Position numbers and translations under genes: made by a program. A model generated the notes under the pieces. It ran no database searches. It was given only the letters and a program-made list of their open reading frames with translations, and was not told the DNA's origin. A stretch of DNA of 64,000 nucleotides, taken from a bacterium. Lineage in GTDB: Bacteria; Zhuqueibacterota; Zhuqueibacteria; Oceanimicrobiales; Oceanimicrobiaceae. This document shows, in pieces, positions 41,940 to 52,065 of this stretch. Within the stretch, counting starts at the first letter, position 1, and the number at the start of each line of letters is the position of its first letter. Where the stretch lies: assembly GCA_046757025.1 (NCBI GenBank), contig JBHHXN010000009.1:5738-69737 (forward strand). Direction: 5' to 3'.

Positions 41940-42710
41940 TCAGTCTGTTTGGGTGAAGCGAAAAAAGAACTTGAATCCGTAGTAAGTGGCCCCGGCAGCA
42001 ATTACCAGCACGGTAGGATGTATGTGACCATTCCAACTATACCAGTTGATTTTTTCGGGATCGGTATTGGATAAAATCAGGGCAAATCCGTTGTTGAACA
42101 TGTGCAGGATGATGCCGGGAACAATGCTGTTGCTGCGCCAAGCCATCAATCCAAGAAGGACGCCTAAAAGCAAGACTTGAATTAACCAGGGGGTCAGGTG
42201 CAGGAAGGCGAAAATCAGCGCGGTAAAAAAAATGGCGTGAATAAATTCCATGCGGTTTTCAAAGGCTTTTTGCAGAAGCCCGCGAAAAAGCATTTCCTCG
42301 AAAAGACTGGCTACAATCACGGCCGACAAAAATAGCACAACGCCATCGAACAGGCTTTCGATGGTTAAAATTTCAGTGAGGAATTCTTCAAGCTCTGGCG
42401 GTATTTGAATAAATGAGCTGATGATGCGGTCGATTTCCGCGGATAAAATCGTGACCGAGCAGCCCAAGACTAGACTGACAAGCAACAGATTCCGACTGAT
42501 TTTATTGAAACGAAAAGCGGTTTTTAAGGAGTATTTTTTAACATGTAGAAAAACCAACGTCGGCATAATGATAAAAAGTTCACCCAGAAAAAATTGCAGC
42601 TTGGGCAAATAAACCGAAGATATCCACGTGACTAGGCCGGCTAACAAATAACTCAGAATCAGGAGCGTGATCGCGCTTCTTAAAGTAGGGTGCCTTGTTT
42701 CGTCTTGCAT
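41940..42710 (-). CDS. CPBP (CAAX/Abi) intramembrane metalloprotease
   Basis: EEMLFRG, FAFLH, HMFNN, multiple TM helices. Confidence 0.9.
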   Translation of the reverse strand: MQDETRHPTLRSAITLLILSYLLAGLVTWISSVYLPKLQFFLGELFIIMPTLVFLHVKKYSLKTAFRFNKISRNLLLVSLVLGCSVTILSAEIDRIISSFIQIPPELEEFLTEILTIESLFDGVVLFLSAVIVASLFEEMLFRGLLQKAFENRMEFIHAIFFTALIFAFLHLTPWLIQVLLLGVLLGLMAWRSNSIVPGIILHMFNNGFALILSNTDPEKINWYSWNGHIHPTVLVIAAGATYYGFKFFFRFTQTD

Positions 42711-42719
42711 ATAATTTGT

Positions 42720-43508
42720 TTAATTGAGGTTTTTTTTGAAGGTCATTTTTTCCATGATGATGCCAGCAGCTACAGCCACATTTAGTGAATCTCCCGTTCC
42801 ATGTTTGGGAATTTTAAGAGCGGCATCAGCAGCGGATTTGAGGTTGGCAGCCACGCCGTCGATTTCATTTCCCAGAATCAGGACATTTTTTTTTGTAAAA
42901 ATGGCATCTGAAAATAACGTGTGGCTGCCGGCGTCGGCAGCAAAGAGTTTGAAACCCTTTGCTTGCAAGGCGCTAAGCGATTCCGATAGATGCAAATTTT
43001 CAAAAATCGCCAGATGGAAAACCGCGCCCATGCTGGCCCGCAACACTTTTGGGTTAGTGACTTCTGCAGAATCCTTGCTCAGCAAAACGCCTGCTATTCC
43101 GAACCAGCTCGCACTGCGAATGATCGTACCTAAATTGCCGGGTTCACTGATGCGATCGAGGGCGATCAAATTTATTTCAGGCTGGTCAATGAATGGCGCC
43201 AAATCGAATGCTTTCTTCTGGGCCACACAAACGATGCCCTGAGAATGGACCGTTTCGGTCAGGTTGTTTAATTGGTTGATGTCAATCTCTGTGATCGGGA
43301 CATGTTTCTCTTGAAATTTGCTCAGCAATTTGTGTGCGCGTTCAGAATGGCACCTATCGGGACAGTAAATTAACACCTCTGCAACATAGTCGGAGTCAAG
43401 CAATTCTTCACACAATCTTAATCCTTCAACCAGAAATCTGTTTTCGTGTACGCGATTTTTTTTTCGTTTCAGGGAAGCAAAATATTTTAATTTATTTTTT
43501 GAGAGCAC
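42720..43508 (-). CDS. TrmH/SpoU family RNA methyltransferase
   Basis: PGNLGTIIRS, RASMG, LGNEIDG, SLNVAVAAGI. Confidence 0.93.
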   Translation of the reverse strand: MLSKNKLKYFASLKRKKNRVHENRFLVEGLRLCEELLDSDYVAEVLIYCPDRCHSERAHKLLSKFQEKHVPITEIDINQLNNLTETVHSQGIVCVAQKKAFDLAPFIDQPEINLIALDRISEPGNLGTIIRSASWFGIAGVLLSKDSAEVTNPKVLRASMGAVFHLAIFENLHLSESLSALQAKGFKLFAADAGSHTLFSDAIFTKKNVLILGNEIDGVAANLKSAADAALKIPKHGTGDSLNVAVAAGIIMEKMTFKKNLN

Positions 43509-43574
43509 AATTTTAAAGTTGGGTCAGAATAGACGGAAAAAATGACAGGTTGGATTTAGTGAAAATGGCACGCG

Positions 43575-44045
43575 TTAACTCACAAAATATTTTTCCTCTT
43601 CGGAAGAAATGACATCGATCATTTCTTTGGGCTGTTCCGTTTTAATTAACCGTTCTCTGAAATCTTTTTTGTGCATCAATCGAGAAATTCTACTCAACGC
43701 TTTTAAATGCGGTCCGGTTTTATCCTGCGGACCCACCAGCAACCAGACCAGGCGAACGGGTTTGTCGTCTAAAGAATTAAAATCCACGGGTTCTTTGGTG
43801 ATGCCGAGAGCGGCAATGATATCGGTGAGTCCTTCCGATTTTCCATGGGGGATGGCTACTTCGTCTCCCACACCCGTGCTCATGACCGCTTCACGATCTA
43901 ATACAGCTTTCAATACTTGATTTTTGTTTTCCAACGGCAATGAATTATCGATGAGGTTAACCATTTCTTCGATTATTTTTTCTTTTTCAGTATTTTCGAG
44001 CGGAATCTTAACGCGTTCTTCGGATAGGATTTCTTTCAATCTCAT
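43575..44045 (-). CDS. PTS IIA domain protein (PtsN/EIIA-Ntr-like)
   Basis: REAVMSTGVG..VAIPHG, DFNSLDDKPV, HLKALSRISR; probable ATG at 44045. Confidence 0.9.
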   Translation of the reverse strand: MRLKEILSEERVKIPLENTEKEKIIEEMVNLIDNSLPLENKNQVLKAVLDREAVMSTGVGDEVAIPHGKSEGLTDIIAALGITKEPVDFNSLDDKPVRLVWLLVGPQDKTGPHLKALSRISRLMHKKDFRERLIKTEQPKEMIDVISSEEEKYFVS

Positions 44046-44187
44046 GGTGAAATAAACCTCAGGATGCCTCATTTGTGGGGCGCACTTTGTACAATGGGAT
44101 GATCCATCTCATATTTAAATCATCGTTAATATAAGATATTATCTTAATTTTACAAGTACTATTTTAGAATTTGTCGGCGGTATTTGC

Positions 44188-44227
44188 AAAAAAAAAGCCA
44201 TTACAAAAACAATAATTATAATGGCTT
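44188..44227 (-). terminator. Terminator downstream of tRNA-Asp
   Basis: aagccatta...taatggctt hairpin plus long T-run on the minus strand. Confidence 0.6.
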
Positions 44228-44243
44228 AATTCCTTCTACGGAG

Positions 44244-44318
44244 CGGGGCCGACGGGATTTGAACCCGCGATCTCCGGCTTGACAGGCCGGCGTGTTAACC
44301 AGGCTACACCACGGCCCC
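44244..44318 (-). tRNA. tRNA-Asp (GTC); CCA not encoded
   Basis: GGGGCCG/CGGCCCC acceptor stem, anticodon arm CCGGC-CTGTCAA-GCCGG, T-loop GGTTCAAATCC, discriminator G. Confidence 0.97.
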
Positions 44319-44321
44319 TAT

Positions 44322-44591
44322 TCAATGAGGACTCGGTTCATTTGATTTGTGTTTCCCTTTGTACATGATGGCAAAAGGGATGACGACACAATAGGCGATG
44401 ACCAACAAGATAGGCGCCAGAGTGAGGGATAAAAATCCATTTACCGGACCCTGAGCCAAAGCCCAATAGCCAACCAACAGCAACAGAATACCTGCGCCAA
44501 ATATTTGATAATTAACTTTGGAATAGGGCAGCTCGGATTTGGCTTTTATCTTGCGTTTGTATCTATTTTTTTTGGCTGATTTTTCGGCCAT
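44322..44591 (-). CDS. Small two-TM membrane protein (DUF3098-like)
   Basis: GAGGA SD; NYQIFGAG..., LTLAPILLVIAY...PFAIM. Confidence 0.7.
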   Translation of the reverse strand: MAEKSAKKNRYKRKIKAKSELPYSKVNYQIFGAGILLLLVGYWALAQGPVNGFLSLTLAPILLVIAYCVVIPFAIMYKGKHKSNEPSPH

Positions 44592-44772
44592 AGTATCCTC
44601 AATTCAACGACCAGCAATATAGTCAAAATATCCTACAGAGTCAAGTGAAATATCGTGACCGATAGGATATTTGTCAATTAAATCACGAAGCTTTCCCGAC
44701 TTTTTTACCTTTGTTAAAAAACATCCGTGTTCCCAGTTAGAGCGTGAATTTTTGAGACCCGACACTTTTCCT

Positions 44773-44801
44773 TTGACATTTCTTTAATATTTTTATATAT
44801 T
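44773..44801 (+). promoter_or_regulatory. Sigma70-type promoter
   Basis: TTGACA-17 nt-TATATT. Confidence 0.6.
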
Positions 44802-44837
44802 TTAAGTCCTTCTGAAGTCAATCATGAAATAATCGAA

Positions 44838-47090
44838 ATGAAGCCGCAATTTAATCTAATACTTGCTTTGCTGGTATTAGCTTTCAACACCGCTGGCCTG
44901 GCTGAATTTAAAAAGAAAGCGAAGAAGAAAAGCAAGAACGTCGCTTTTGAGATCAATCTCAAAGAGAATGGCCGCGCACCACTATTAGACGGCATCCTCA
45001 GTAAGAATGAATGGCGGCATGCATCCGTGGTTTACAATTTCACGCAAAAAGAACCGAATGAAGGCCAACCGGTTTCGGAGCCCACCTTTATTTTGGTTAC
45101 TTACGACAAAAAACATATCTACTTCGGCATTCGCTGTTTCGATAAAGAGCCCGACAAAATTGTTTCCAATGAGATGCGGCGGGATTCGGATCTGTCGGAC
45201 AACGACTACATCGAAATTCTCATCGACACGTATCACGATCAGAGGAACGCCTACTATTTCGCTACCAACTCCTCCGGCGCACGTCTGGATTCTGAAATCA
45301 AAACCGAAGGGACGCATATCAACTGGGACTGGGACGGCGTCTGGTATAGCGCCGCCAGAAAAGACCAGTTTGGCTGGACCGCAGAGGTAGCGATTCCTTT
45401 TAAAACTCTGCGCTTTGATAAAAAAAATACCCAAACCTGGGGCATTAATTTCGGCCGGTATATTCCGCGAAAACGAGAACAAGCCTACTGGTCGCCTATT
45501 ACTCGCGATGATGACTTCGATGATTCGGGAAAATTTAAAGCTTCGAAGTTTGGCGTTTTGAATGGCCTGAAAAATATTAAGCAAGACCAGCATGTGCAGA
45601 TTAAACCCTACTCCATCGGCGGGGTGGAAAAAAATTATGACAAAGGTACGCCGGTTGAAAAACTCGCCGATATCGGTTTGGATGCCAAAATCCACCTGAC
45701 GTCAAACATCGTCTCTGACATCACTCTCAATACGGACTTTGCGCAGGTTGAAGCCGATAACGAGCGGGTCAATATTTCGCGGTTCAACTTATTTTTTCCA
45801 GAAAAACGCGATTTTTTTCTCGAAGGTTTGGATATATTCAAAATCGGGGAAGAAACCACCACAGATCTGTTCACTTTGCTTTTCTACAGCCGTCAAATCG
45901 GTCTGCACACCGATAGCGAAAGCTTTGAAACCAGAGAAGTGCCGATCATGGGCGGCGTGAAAATGACCGGCAAAGAGGGCGGGTTTGAGCTGGGGCTGCT
46001 GAACGTCTTTACCAACGATTTAGAGTACACTAACCGTTACGGTACTCCCAGGTCGATTCCCAAAACCAATTATTCTGCCTTTCGACTTAAAAGAGACATT
46101 TTCAGCCGCTCGCACATCGGGGTGATGGGGCTCAGCAGGGATCCCGTGAAAGGGGGAAATTACAACCGCACGTTTGCGGTCGATGCGGTGTTTGCGTTTG
46201 ACAACAACCTCAACATTAACGGCTATCTGGCAAAAACGTTGACTCCGGGCTTGAAAGGCAAAGATTACAACGGATTCGTTAACTTTTCCTGGGGCAACGA
46301 CAAGTTTTTTACCAGCGCTTCTTATACAGACATCGGGGAAAACTTCAACCCGGAGATGGGGTTTCTACAATGGACCGATATTCGAAAAATTCACGGCCAG
46401 GTTTTTATCAGTCCGAGGCCGAAATTTTTCAATCTCCGCCAGACGCATTTTACCAATGATTTTGAAATCATCACCGACCACAACAATGTGGTGCAATATC
46501 GCACATTCAATACTGGCCTGGTGAATATTTTTCAGAACGAGTCTTATTTTTTTCTGGGCTATACCAATTTTTACGATAATATTCCCGGCGATGGTTTTTT
46601 TCTTGAATCGGCTTTTGTGCCCGCCGGAATTTACAATTACAATACGTTTGCCGTGCTGTACAGCTCGGATCTCAGTCGAAGGTTTTCCGGTTCCATCACT
46701 GTGGGCGGAGGCACGCTTTACGATGGAAAATTTGCCACCGTGCTTCTGGCCAATTATTTTAATCCAAACGATAAGTTCAAAGTGGAGGCGAATTGGGAGT
46801 GGAACCGCATCGAATTACCAGCCAATGATGTTTCGGCAGATGGAAATTTTTCAACCTCCATTCTCCGATTTCGAACCATTTATTCTTTTACGCCGAATTT
46901 GTTTGCCAAAGCATTTATTCAGTGGAATCATTTTGACAACCGAATCATCGGCAACTTTTTGCTGAATTTTATTCATTCACCGGGAAGCGATTTTTATCTG
47001 GTTTACAATCAGGAATGGAATACAGACGGAAAAATTGAAACGACCAATCGAACGGTCCTGGCAAAGTTGACTTATCTGCTCAATTTGTAG
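44838..47090 (+). CDS. CBM9-like domain plus outer-membrane barrel (DUF5916-type) protein
   Basis: Signal peptide, LDG.L...EW, GWTAEVAIPFKTLRF, NTDFAQVEAD, EKRDFFLEG, C-terminal KLTYLLNL. Confidence 0.82.
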   Translation: MKPQFNLILALLVLAFNTAGLAEFKKKAKKKSKNVAFEINLKENGRAPLLDGILSKNEWRHASVVYNFTQKEPNEGQPVSEPTFILVTYDKKHIYFGIRCFDKEPDKIVSNEMRRDSDLSDNDYIEILIDTYHDQRNAYYFATNSSGARLDSEIKTEGTHINWDWDGVWYSAARKDQFGWTAEVAIPFKTLRFDKKNTQTWGINFGRYIPRKREQAYWSPITRDDDFDDSGKFKASKFGVLNGLKNIKQDQHVQIKPYSIGGVEKNYDKGTPVEKLADIGLDAKIHLTSNIVSDITLNTDFAQVEADNERVNISRFNLFFPEKRDFFLEGLDIFKIGEETTTDLFTLLFYSRQIGLHTDSESFETREVPIMGGVKMTGKEGGFELGLLNVFTNDLEYTNRYGTPRSIPKTNYSAFRLKRDIFSRSHIGVMGLSRDPVKGGNYNRTFAVDAVFAFDNNLNINGYLAKTLTPGLKGKDYNGFVNFSWGNDKFFTSASYTDIGENFNPEMGFLQWTDIRKIHGQVFISPRPKFFNLRQTHFTNDFEIITDHNNVVQYRTFNTGLVNIFQNESYFFLGYTNFYDNIPGDGFFLESAFVPAGIYNYNTFAVLYSSDLSRRFSGSITVGGGTLYDGKFATVLLANYFNPNDKFKVEANWEWNRIELPANDVSADGNFSTSILRFRTIYSFTPNLFAKAFIQWNHFDNRIIGNFLLNFIHSPGSDFYLVYNQEWNTDGKIETTNRTVLAKLTYLLNL

Positions 47091-47599
47091 TCTGATTTTT
47101 ATGATTTAGTTTTTGACTCCAATCTCAGTACGGGTTGGTGCTGAGAGGTTATGTTCACGAAAAAACATCATGGGTATTCGATAATAACAAAAACTTGAGG
47201 ATGCCAGATTTTGGTCTTTTTTGGAATGATTTTTAAAAGACAACGCTTCTCGTCCGCGTACGGCCATTCACCCATTAATTCCTCTACTGAAGGTGTTTGA
47301 GGAGCGCAGTTGGTTTTTATTCGATGGGGGCGTTTTGTGTGTTTTTTTTCATGTGTTCGTGGTAAGTCAGCGGTCGTTGTTGAATTATTTGGCACGTTCT
47401 TTTTTTTAATCAGAAAAACTTTTATTTCTCCAGTAAATTTGACCATATTGGAACCCATTAAAACATCACAGCAGGTTGCTTTCGCATGACATTTGGGGCA
47501 CTCACTCCGGGTACTAACCTGACCGTTTTTTTTTATCAAAATGGTTTACCGCTTCTGATATCCATTCTCCAAATCATTTCTTGCAATTATCTTTTTAAG

Positions 47600-48286
47600 A
47601 TGGCTCTATTTGTCCTTTCGGCGATTTTACTAGGGCAAATTTATTCCAAGCTTTCCAATATTCAGCTCATTGAAAAATGCACCCGGAAATCTCCCGATTG
47701 GGAAAATATTTGGATGGAATTTGAGCATCGATTCGGCAAAGCAATTTTGTTCTATCTTATCGGAGAATTTAAACGCCGGCAAGCCGGCAAATTCAGTTCA
47801 AAATTTAAGGACGTGGTAAAAGACCTGCGGCAAGATATTTACATCAAATTGTTGCAACGGGAAGGTCAAGGCCTGAAAAATTTCAAAGGGCAGAATGAAA
47901 ATTCGTTTTACGAATATTTAAAAGCCATGGCAGTGAACACGGTCAAAAATTATATGAAACATCAAAACACGGAAAAAAGGGCGGCCACGGTTGTTTCTTT
48001 GGACGATCCGAAAAATATTGAGGTATCCAGTTATCAATCAAAAGGTCTGGAATCAGAAGATAATCATGAATTGATATTGATTAAACAGAGCATGCTCCAG
48101 GTTTTGCGCGAACATTTTGCCGGGAAAAATGTTGAACGCGATCTCATGATATTTGAACAGTTTTATTTTGAAAATCGCACTTCAGAGGAGATAAATCTAA
48201 ACGCGGATGTGAATCTTAAGCTGAGTGGCATTGAAACGGTGATAAATCGTATGAAACATACTCTCATAAAATATATGGATTTGTAA
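47600..48286 (+). CDS. ECF-type sigma-70 factor (start uncertain)
   Basis: Region 2 DLRQDIYIKL and FYEYLKAMAVN; region 4 RDLMIFEQFYFE.RTSEEI. Confidence 0.8.
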   Translation: MALFVLSAILLGQIYSKLSNIQLIEKCTRKSPDWENIWMEFEHRFGKAILFYLIGEFKRRQAGKFSSKFKDVVKDLRQDIYIKLLQREGQGLKNFKGQNENSFYEYLKAMAVNTVKNYMKHQNTEKRAATVVSLDDPKNIEVSSYQSKGLESEDNHELILIKQSMLQVLREHFAGKNVERDLMIFEQFYFENRTSEEINLNADVNLKLSGIETVINRMKHTLIKYMDL

Positions 48287-48395
48287 TTTTTTTGGGAGTT
48301 TTTTCTCAAAAATGTTGTCTATATATTAATGTAGGCAAGTTTATTCAGGATGAATAAAAAATATCCATTTTTGCTCAATTAGGGATTATTGTATT

Positions 48396-49550
48396 ATGTC
48401 CGATTCAGAATGTCTAACTTTCGATCAGCTCTATGGGTTGATTCGAAATCAATACCCAAAACAAAAAACGCACAAATATAGTGAACACATAAAAAAATGT
48501 TCCCGGTGCGCGGATGAGTTGACGTTTGTGCAAAAAGTCTGCAGATCTTTTGGAAGCGAGCAAGATGACCGTTTCTCTGATCCCCGAATTGTTTATCGGG
48601 AGACGCATCCCGGCGGTGAAACCATCGCAGCGTATTTTCAGGGCAGCCTGTCAAAAAATGATAGCGCCCGCATCGACCGGCATTTGGCCGAATGTCCATC
48701 CTGTGAGAGCGAATTCAACTCAATTTCCGCGGCAGCGCATTTCGAAATCTCTAAAGATGAACAACACCTGATTCAGGAAATTGAAGGCGTCCAGATCGAA
48801 GATCGGTTGTCCTTTTACAAAAGGGCTTTCATCGTTTCTCCTGCTCCCGGAAAATCCAGTAGCATAAAATCGGAACGTCGTGTTGGTGGATGGCTCAACT
48901 TTTGGCGAGCCGTCCCTGATTTTGTTTGGATTCTTTTCCTGATTTTGCTGGCGCCGCCCCTGCTGTTTTACGGCTATCAAAAAGTCATGAAGTATCAGGC
49001 CGTAAATCAGGCCATGGAGCGTTTTGCCGCCTTCTCGGATAAAATTCTGGTCAAAGATTTTGAGCTGCGCCCCACTGGCGATTTCAAGTATGATTTAATC
49101 GGCAGCAGAAGAATAGACGAAGAGCGTCCGCAGGACATCGCCACCCGGCAAACGCTTGAACAGACGCTGACTCTGGACCCGCAAAACGCCCGCATTCATC
49201 ATTTATTGGGAACGCTTTACTTTTTTTCTGGTGAAATTGACCGGGCCGAAGAGTTTTATTTGAAGGCGCTCGAGTTCGCTGGTAGCAACGCAAAGATTTT
49301 TAATGATCTCGCTTTGATCGACGTTTATCGAAACGCATATCAAAAAGCACTGGAGCGCCTGGAGCAGGCCATCAACCTTGACCCGGCTTTGATGGAGGCT
49401 TATTATAACCGCGCGGTGGTTTTTGAATTGCAGGGAGACAAGTCACAGGCTCTCGCAGCCTGGCGTACTTATATTGAAAAGGAACCGGACGCCAATTCCA
49501 CGTGGGTGAAGGTTGCGAATGTGCACATCCAAGAGCTCACTGAAAATTAA
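48396..49550 (+). CDS. Anti-sigma-like protein: two zinc-finger (HxxxCxxC) modules, TM helix, TPR domain
   Basis: HIKKCSRC and HLAECPSC, hydrophobic FVWILFLILLAPPLLFYG, TPR repeats; directly after the ECF gene. Confidence 0.8.
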   Translation: MSDSECLTFDQLYGLIRNQYPKQKTHKYSEHIKKCSRCADELTFVQKVCRSFGSEQDDRFSDPRIVYRETHPGGETIAAYFQGSLSKNDSARIDRHLAECPSCESEFNSISAAAHFEISKDEQHLIQEIEGVQIEDRLSFYKRAFIVSPAPGKSSSIKSERRVGGWLNFWRAVPDFVWILFLILLAPPLLFYGYQKVMKYQAVNQAMERFAAFSDKILVKDFELRPTGDFKYDLIGSRRIDEERPQDIATRQTLEQTLTLDPQNARIHHLLGTLYFFSGEIDRAEEFYLKALEFAGSNAKIFNDLALIDVYRNAYQKALERLEQAINLDPALMEAYYNRAVVFELQGDKSQALAAWRTYIEKEPDANSTWVKVANVHIQELTEN

Positions 49551-49611
49551 TCCCCGTCGCGCTTCGATCACTGCAAATTTTTCCTAATCATTTCCTGAAG
49601 TTCGCAAGCAC

Positions 49612-49660
49612 AAAAAAAAGAATCCCTTCGAAGAGTCGTTCGTTCGAAGGGATTCTCTTT
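49612..49660. terminator. Bidirectional terminator
   Basis: agaatcccttcgaa...ttcgaagggattct hairpin with flanking A and T runs between convergent genes. Confidence 0.75.
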
Positions 49661-49685
49661 ATTATCGAATGGCCGAAAGAGGCAT

Positions 49686-51233
49686 TTAGATTTTTTCCGA
49701 AACCGATTTTGCCTGCAAAAATAACAGCAGATAATCCCGGCCGCCGGCTTTAGAATCGGTACCGGACATGTTGAACCCGCCAAAAGGTTGCCCGCCCACC
49801 AGGGCGCCGGTGCATTTGCGGTTGCAATACAAATTGCCCACGTGAAATAGTTTTCGGGCCTTTTCCAATTTTTCGCGATTCTGGCTGTAAACCGCGCCAG
49901 TCAGGCCAAATTCTGTGTCATTGGCGATTTCCAGTGCGTGGTCAAAATCTCGGGATTTGATGACGGCCAGTACGGGTGCAAACACTTCTTCCTGCGCCAG
50001 TCTCGCTTTTGAAGCCAAATCGGCGATAATGGTAGGCTGGACGTAATATCCAGAATCAGGTCCCGTTTCACCCCCCAAAACCAGGCGGCCTTCTTGTTTG
50101 CCGATTTCAATATATTTCATGGTTTTTTCCTGGGCAGCTTTGTTGATGACGGCGCCCATATAATTTTGTGGATCCTGCACCGGCCCGACGGTGATTTTTT
50201 GTGTGCGCGCAATGAGTTTGTCCAGAAATGGCTCGTAAAGCGCTTGGTCCACGATGGCACGCGAACACGCAGAGCACTTTTGTCCTTGAAAGCCAAATGC
50301 GGAAACGGCCACCCCTTCCACTGCGGCCTCGAGGTCCGCTTCCCGGTCGACGATGATGGCGTCTTTTCCCCCCATTTCGGCAACCACGCGTTTCAACCAG
50401 ATCTGGCCTGTTTGCGGTTTGGCCGCCAGTTCATTTATTCTCAGACCGACCTCTTTGGAGCCGGTAAAGGTCACAAATCGGATCCGTGGGTGTGAGACAA
50501 TGTGGTCGCCGATGACGCCCCCGCTACCCGGAAGATAATTCAACACGCCTTCCGGCAACCCCACTTCCTGCATGATTTCGGCAAACTTATGACCGATGGT
50601 GGGAGAATCGCTGGCAGGTTTCAGGAGAATACAATTACCCGTCACGATGGCTGCAGAAGCCATGCCCGTTAAAATAGCAAGTGGGAAATTCCACGGCGGA
50701 ATCACCGCACCCACGCCCAGGGGTATGTAAAACAGCTCGTTTTTTTCACCGGGGATGGGTGTTACCGGCTGCTTCTGGGCATATCGCAGCATTTCCCTTC
50801 CATAAAATTCTAAAAAATCAATGGCTTCGGTGGTATCCGCGTCCGCTTCCACCCAGTTTTTGCTGGTTTCATAAACCATCCATGCGTTTAATTCCATCTG
50901 TCGTTTTTTCATAATTTCGGCTGCACGAAACAAATAGTCTGCACGCTCTGCCGGGTCAACAAAACGCCAGCTCTGAAAGGCCTCTTCGGCTAATGCAATG
51001 GCGCTTTCCACTTCGGCAATACCGGCTTTGTGAAAGGCGCCCACCACCTGTTCTTTTTCACACGGATTGTAAGAGCGCAACAAATCATTCGTTTCAATTG
51101 ATCGGCCGCCGATATTCAGCGGGTACGTTTTTTCAAACTGGCTTTGAACGGTGTGCAACGCGGCTTTCATCTTATTTTGATTTTCTTCAACACTGAAATC
51201 TGTTAATGGATGATTTCGAAATTCAGAAATCAT
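49686..51233 (-). CDS. pruA: L-glutamate gamma-semialdehyde (P5C) dehydrogenase, RocA/PruA type
   Basis: PPWNFP, FTGS, AEMGGK, GQKCSACSR, QPFGGFNMSGT. Confidence 0.93.
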   Translation of the reverse strand: MISEFRNHPLTDFSVEENQNKMKAALHTVQSQFEKTYPLNIGGRSIETNDLLRSYNPCEKEQVVGAFHKAGIAEVESAIALAEEAFQSWRFVDPAERADYLFRAAEIMKKRQMELNAWMVYETSKNWVEADADTTEAIDFLEFYGREMLRYAQKQPVTPIPGEKNELFYIPLGVGAVIPPWNFPLAILTGMASAAIVTGNCILLKPASDSPTIGHKFAEIMQEVGLPEGVLNYLPGSGGVIGDHIVSHPRIRFVTFTGSKEVGLRINELAAKPQTGQIWLKRVVAEMGGKDAIIVDREADLEAAVEGVAVSAFGFQGQKCSACSRAIVDQALYEPFLDKLIARTQKITVGPVQDPQNYMGAVINKAAQEKTMKYIEIGKQEGRLVLGGETGPDSGYYVQPTIIADLASKARLAQEEVFAPVLAVIKSRDFDHALEIANDTEFGLTGAVYSQNREKLEKARKLFHVGNLYCNRKCTGALVGGQPFGGFNMSGTDSKAGGRDYLLLFLQAKSVSEKI

Positions 51234-51421
51234 TTGAATTCTCCTAATAAAATATTAAATGTATTTAAGGTTCGATTTTTTCGAAGATACCAAAAATTGC
51301 CACCAGTTTCAACAGGATTGTTTAATTATTTCAACTTTATTATTTTTGCTTGCTTCTATAGTAAAAAATATTAGTTTAGCACTCAATTGTCGCTTCAATT
51401 CATCTTAAAATTGGAGGCTCT

Positions 51422-52057
51422 ATGCTTAACTATATCTGGTTGGGATTGATGATGATCGCCATCGTTGTGGGCGCGGTGAATGGCAAACTTGCGGAGGTGA
51501 CTAAAGCCGCCTTTGACATGGCGGAAACGTCGGTGAGCATTGCATTGGGACTGATTGGCATCATGGCGTTGTGGCTGGGCATCATGAAAATCGCCGAGGA
51601 AAGCGGACTGGTGAAAGTGCTGGCAAAATTAATTAAGCCCATCAGCAAGCGGCTGTTTCCCGAGTTGCCTTCGGATCATCCCGCTATCGCTTCCATGCTG
51701 CTCAACCTCAGCGCCAACTGGCTGGGGCTATCGAATGCCGCCACCCCTCTGGGATTGAAAGCCATGGAAGAGCTGCAAAAACTAAACGAACAAAAGGACA
51801 CGGCTTCCAATTCCATGGTGACCTTTTTGGCATTGAATACCGCCGCCATTACTCTCATTCCGGCCACCATTATTGGGGTGCGCATTTCGCTGGGCTCCCA
51901 AAATCCCCAGGAGATTATCGGTACCACCATTTTCGCAGGTGTGTGTGCTACCACCGTGGCCGTGATTACCGCTAAAATATTGGAAAAAGTGCCAATTTTT
52001 GCCATTAAAGCAAAAGAAAATTTCAAAGCCACCGCTGAGAAGCCGGAAGAAGAATAG
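51422..52057 (+). CDS. spmA: SpmA / nucleoside-recognition (Gate) membrane protein
   Basis: MLNYIW, LWLGIMKIAE, ANWLGLSNAATPLGLKAM. Confidence 0.92.
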   Translation: MLNYIWLGLMMIAIVVGAVNGKLAEVTKAAFDMAETSVSIALGLIGIMALWLGIMKIAEESGLVKVLAKLIKPISKRLFPELPSDHPAIASMLLNLSANWLGLSNAATPLGLKAMEELQKLNEQKDTASNSMVTFLALNTAAITLIPATIIGVRISLGSQNPQEIIGTTIFAGVCATTVAVITAKILEKVPIFAIKAKENFKATAEKPEEE

Positions 52058-52065
52058 GAGGAAAT

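Noticed and set aside
44244-44318. tRNA-Asp as an integration site
   Set aside because: No duplicated 3' end and no integrase seen in the window
47168-47550. Cys-rich 123-aa minus-strand ORF and a c-di-GMP-riboswitch-like start (ggtaaacc) upstream of the ECF gene
   Set aside because: No recognisable domain or good RBS; the cgcaaag and P3 elements of the riboswitch are absent
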